This document shows positions 63,191 to 64,000 of a stretch of DNA of 64,000 nt, one piece after another. This stretch comes from Gemmatimonadales bacterium (GTDB lineage: Bacteria; Gemmatimonadota; Gemmatimonadetes; Gemmatimonadales; GWC2-71-9): assembly GCA_041615815.1 (NCBI GenBank), contig JBFJCP010000007.1, positions 64,001 to 128,000 of the forward strand, given 5' to 3'. Position numbers and translations under genes: made by a program. How positions within the stretch are numbered: position 1 is the stretch's first letter; every line of letters starts with the position of its first letter. The notes beneath the pieces were generated by a model. It worked only from the letters and a program-made list of their open reading frames with translations, was not told where the DNA came from and made no database searches.

Positions 63191-64000
63191 ATGACGACGC
63201 AACCAATATCTGTTGAACGGGCCTGCGAACTCGCGGCGGCGGGACACCACGCCGAGTTGCTCGCGTATCTGGGTGAGTGGCCCCTGGAGTCGATCGCGGA
63301 CTCCCCAACGCTGTCGCTGTTGTACGGTACGGCACACGCTCGGCTTGGACGGCACGACGACGGGATTCACTGGGTGGATCTGGCGCTGGCCCGCGCCCGA
63401 TCGCGCGACCAACGCGCCGTGGAAACCCGAGCACTCAACACTCGAGGTGCAATCGCCTTTGTGGCCGGTGAAATCGATGAAGCGTCGGACTTTTTCACGC
63501 AGGCGTTGCTGACCGCCAGCCGGGACGGCGATCATGCAACCATCGGCCGATGCTCCAACAACCTGGGGATCATCAACAATCTCCGCGGCCGCTACGCCGA
63601 AGCCATTGGGTCGTATTCCATGGCCATCGCGGCATTCGAGCGGGCGGAACTGCCACAGGGGATGGCCGAGGCACATCACAATCTCGGCATCACCTACGCC
63701 GAACAGAACCAATTCGATCGAGCGCTCGAGGAGACGGAAGCAGCCCATCGGGACGCCGCGGCTGCGGGAGACGAGACCCTCGCCGCCATGACGGTGCGAG
63801 GTCGCGCCGAGATCCGCGTCTTCCTCGGCGAGCTGGACGAAGCGGAACACGACATCACCGCTGCGCTCGCCGAACATCGCCGCCTGAGCGACCGGGTCGA
63901 GGAGGCGCAGGATCTTCGAATACAGGCGCTGATCAACTTGCGGAAAGGCGATGCGGACGGGGCCGAGAAGACTCTTCGAGACGTCATCACGAGCGCGGAA
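63191..64000 (+). CDS. Tetratricopeptide-repeat protein, 3'-truncated by the window and absent from the ORF track
   Basis: Manual translation MTTQPISVERACELAAAG... is open for 270 codons to the window end; repeats RALNTRGAIAFVAG, CSNNLGIINNLRG, AHHNLGITYAEQN. Confidence 0.88.
   Translation, partial: MTTQPISVERACELAAAGHHAELLAYLGEWPLESIADSPTLSLLYGTAHARLGRHDDGIHWVDLALARARSRDQRAVETRALNTRGAIAFVAGEIDEASDFFTQALLTASRDGDHATIGRCSNNLGIINNLRGRYAEAIGSYSMAIAAFERAELPQGMAEAHHNLGITYAEQNQFDRALEETEAAHRDAAAAGDETLAAMTVRGRAEIRVFLGELDEAEHDITAALAEHRRLSDRVEEAQDLRIQALINLRKGDADGAEKTLRDVITSAE

Noticed and set aside
49335..64000. Genomic island or prophage integrated at tRNA-Arg(CCG)
   Set aside because: No integrase, phage genes or duplicated tRNA 3' end seen in the window; composition is not obviously shifted

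Overview
GC-rich bacterial chromosome segment. Gene content and order suggest Gemmatimonadota (inference). Positions 1-49.3 kb are mostly core genes: oligopeptide ABC ATPases, Na+/solute symporter, PspA-like operon, hybrid histidine kinase, thiO-lipA-pdhABC-lpdA-lipB, peptidases, Glu dehydrogenase, dnaE-accA-PSP1-metG, M23 peptidase, DsbA, waaA, a split F1 atpAGDC operon with a Rex-like operator, mlaEFD, a sigma70 factor and a cluster of 7 tRNAs. After the tRNAs comes an accessory region. It holds a secreted protein resembling the plant XLG N-terminal domain, a Ser/Thr kinase with a beta-propeller, and a VPS10/BNR protein. The most interesting locus is a candidate signalling system at 58.1-64 kb. 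It consists of a sigma54 activator with a non-phosphorylatable receiver domain, two -24/-12 promoters, four tandem ZU5-like lipoproteins that all end in HFSxYAxxW-stop (the Nup98/PIDD-type autoproteolysis motif, predicting release of C-terminal heptapeptides), and a cytoplasmic Asn-rich TPR protein that runs off the window. No CRISPR array, rRNA, integrase or transposase was seen. All family calls come from motif recognition, not database searches.
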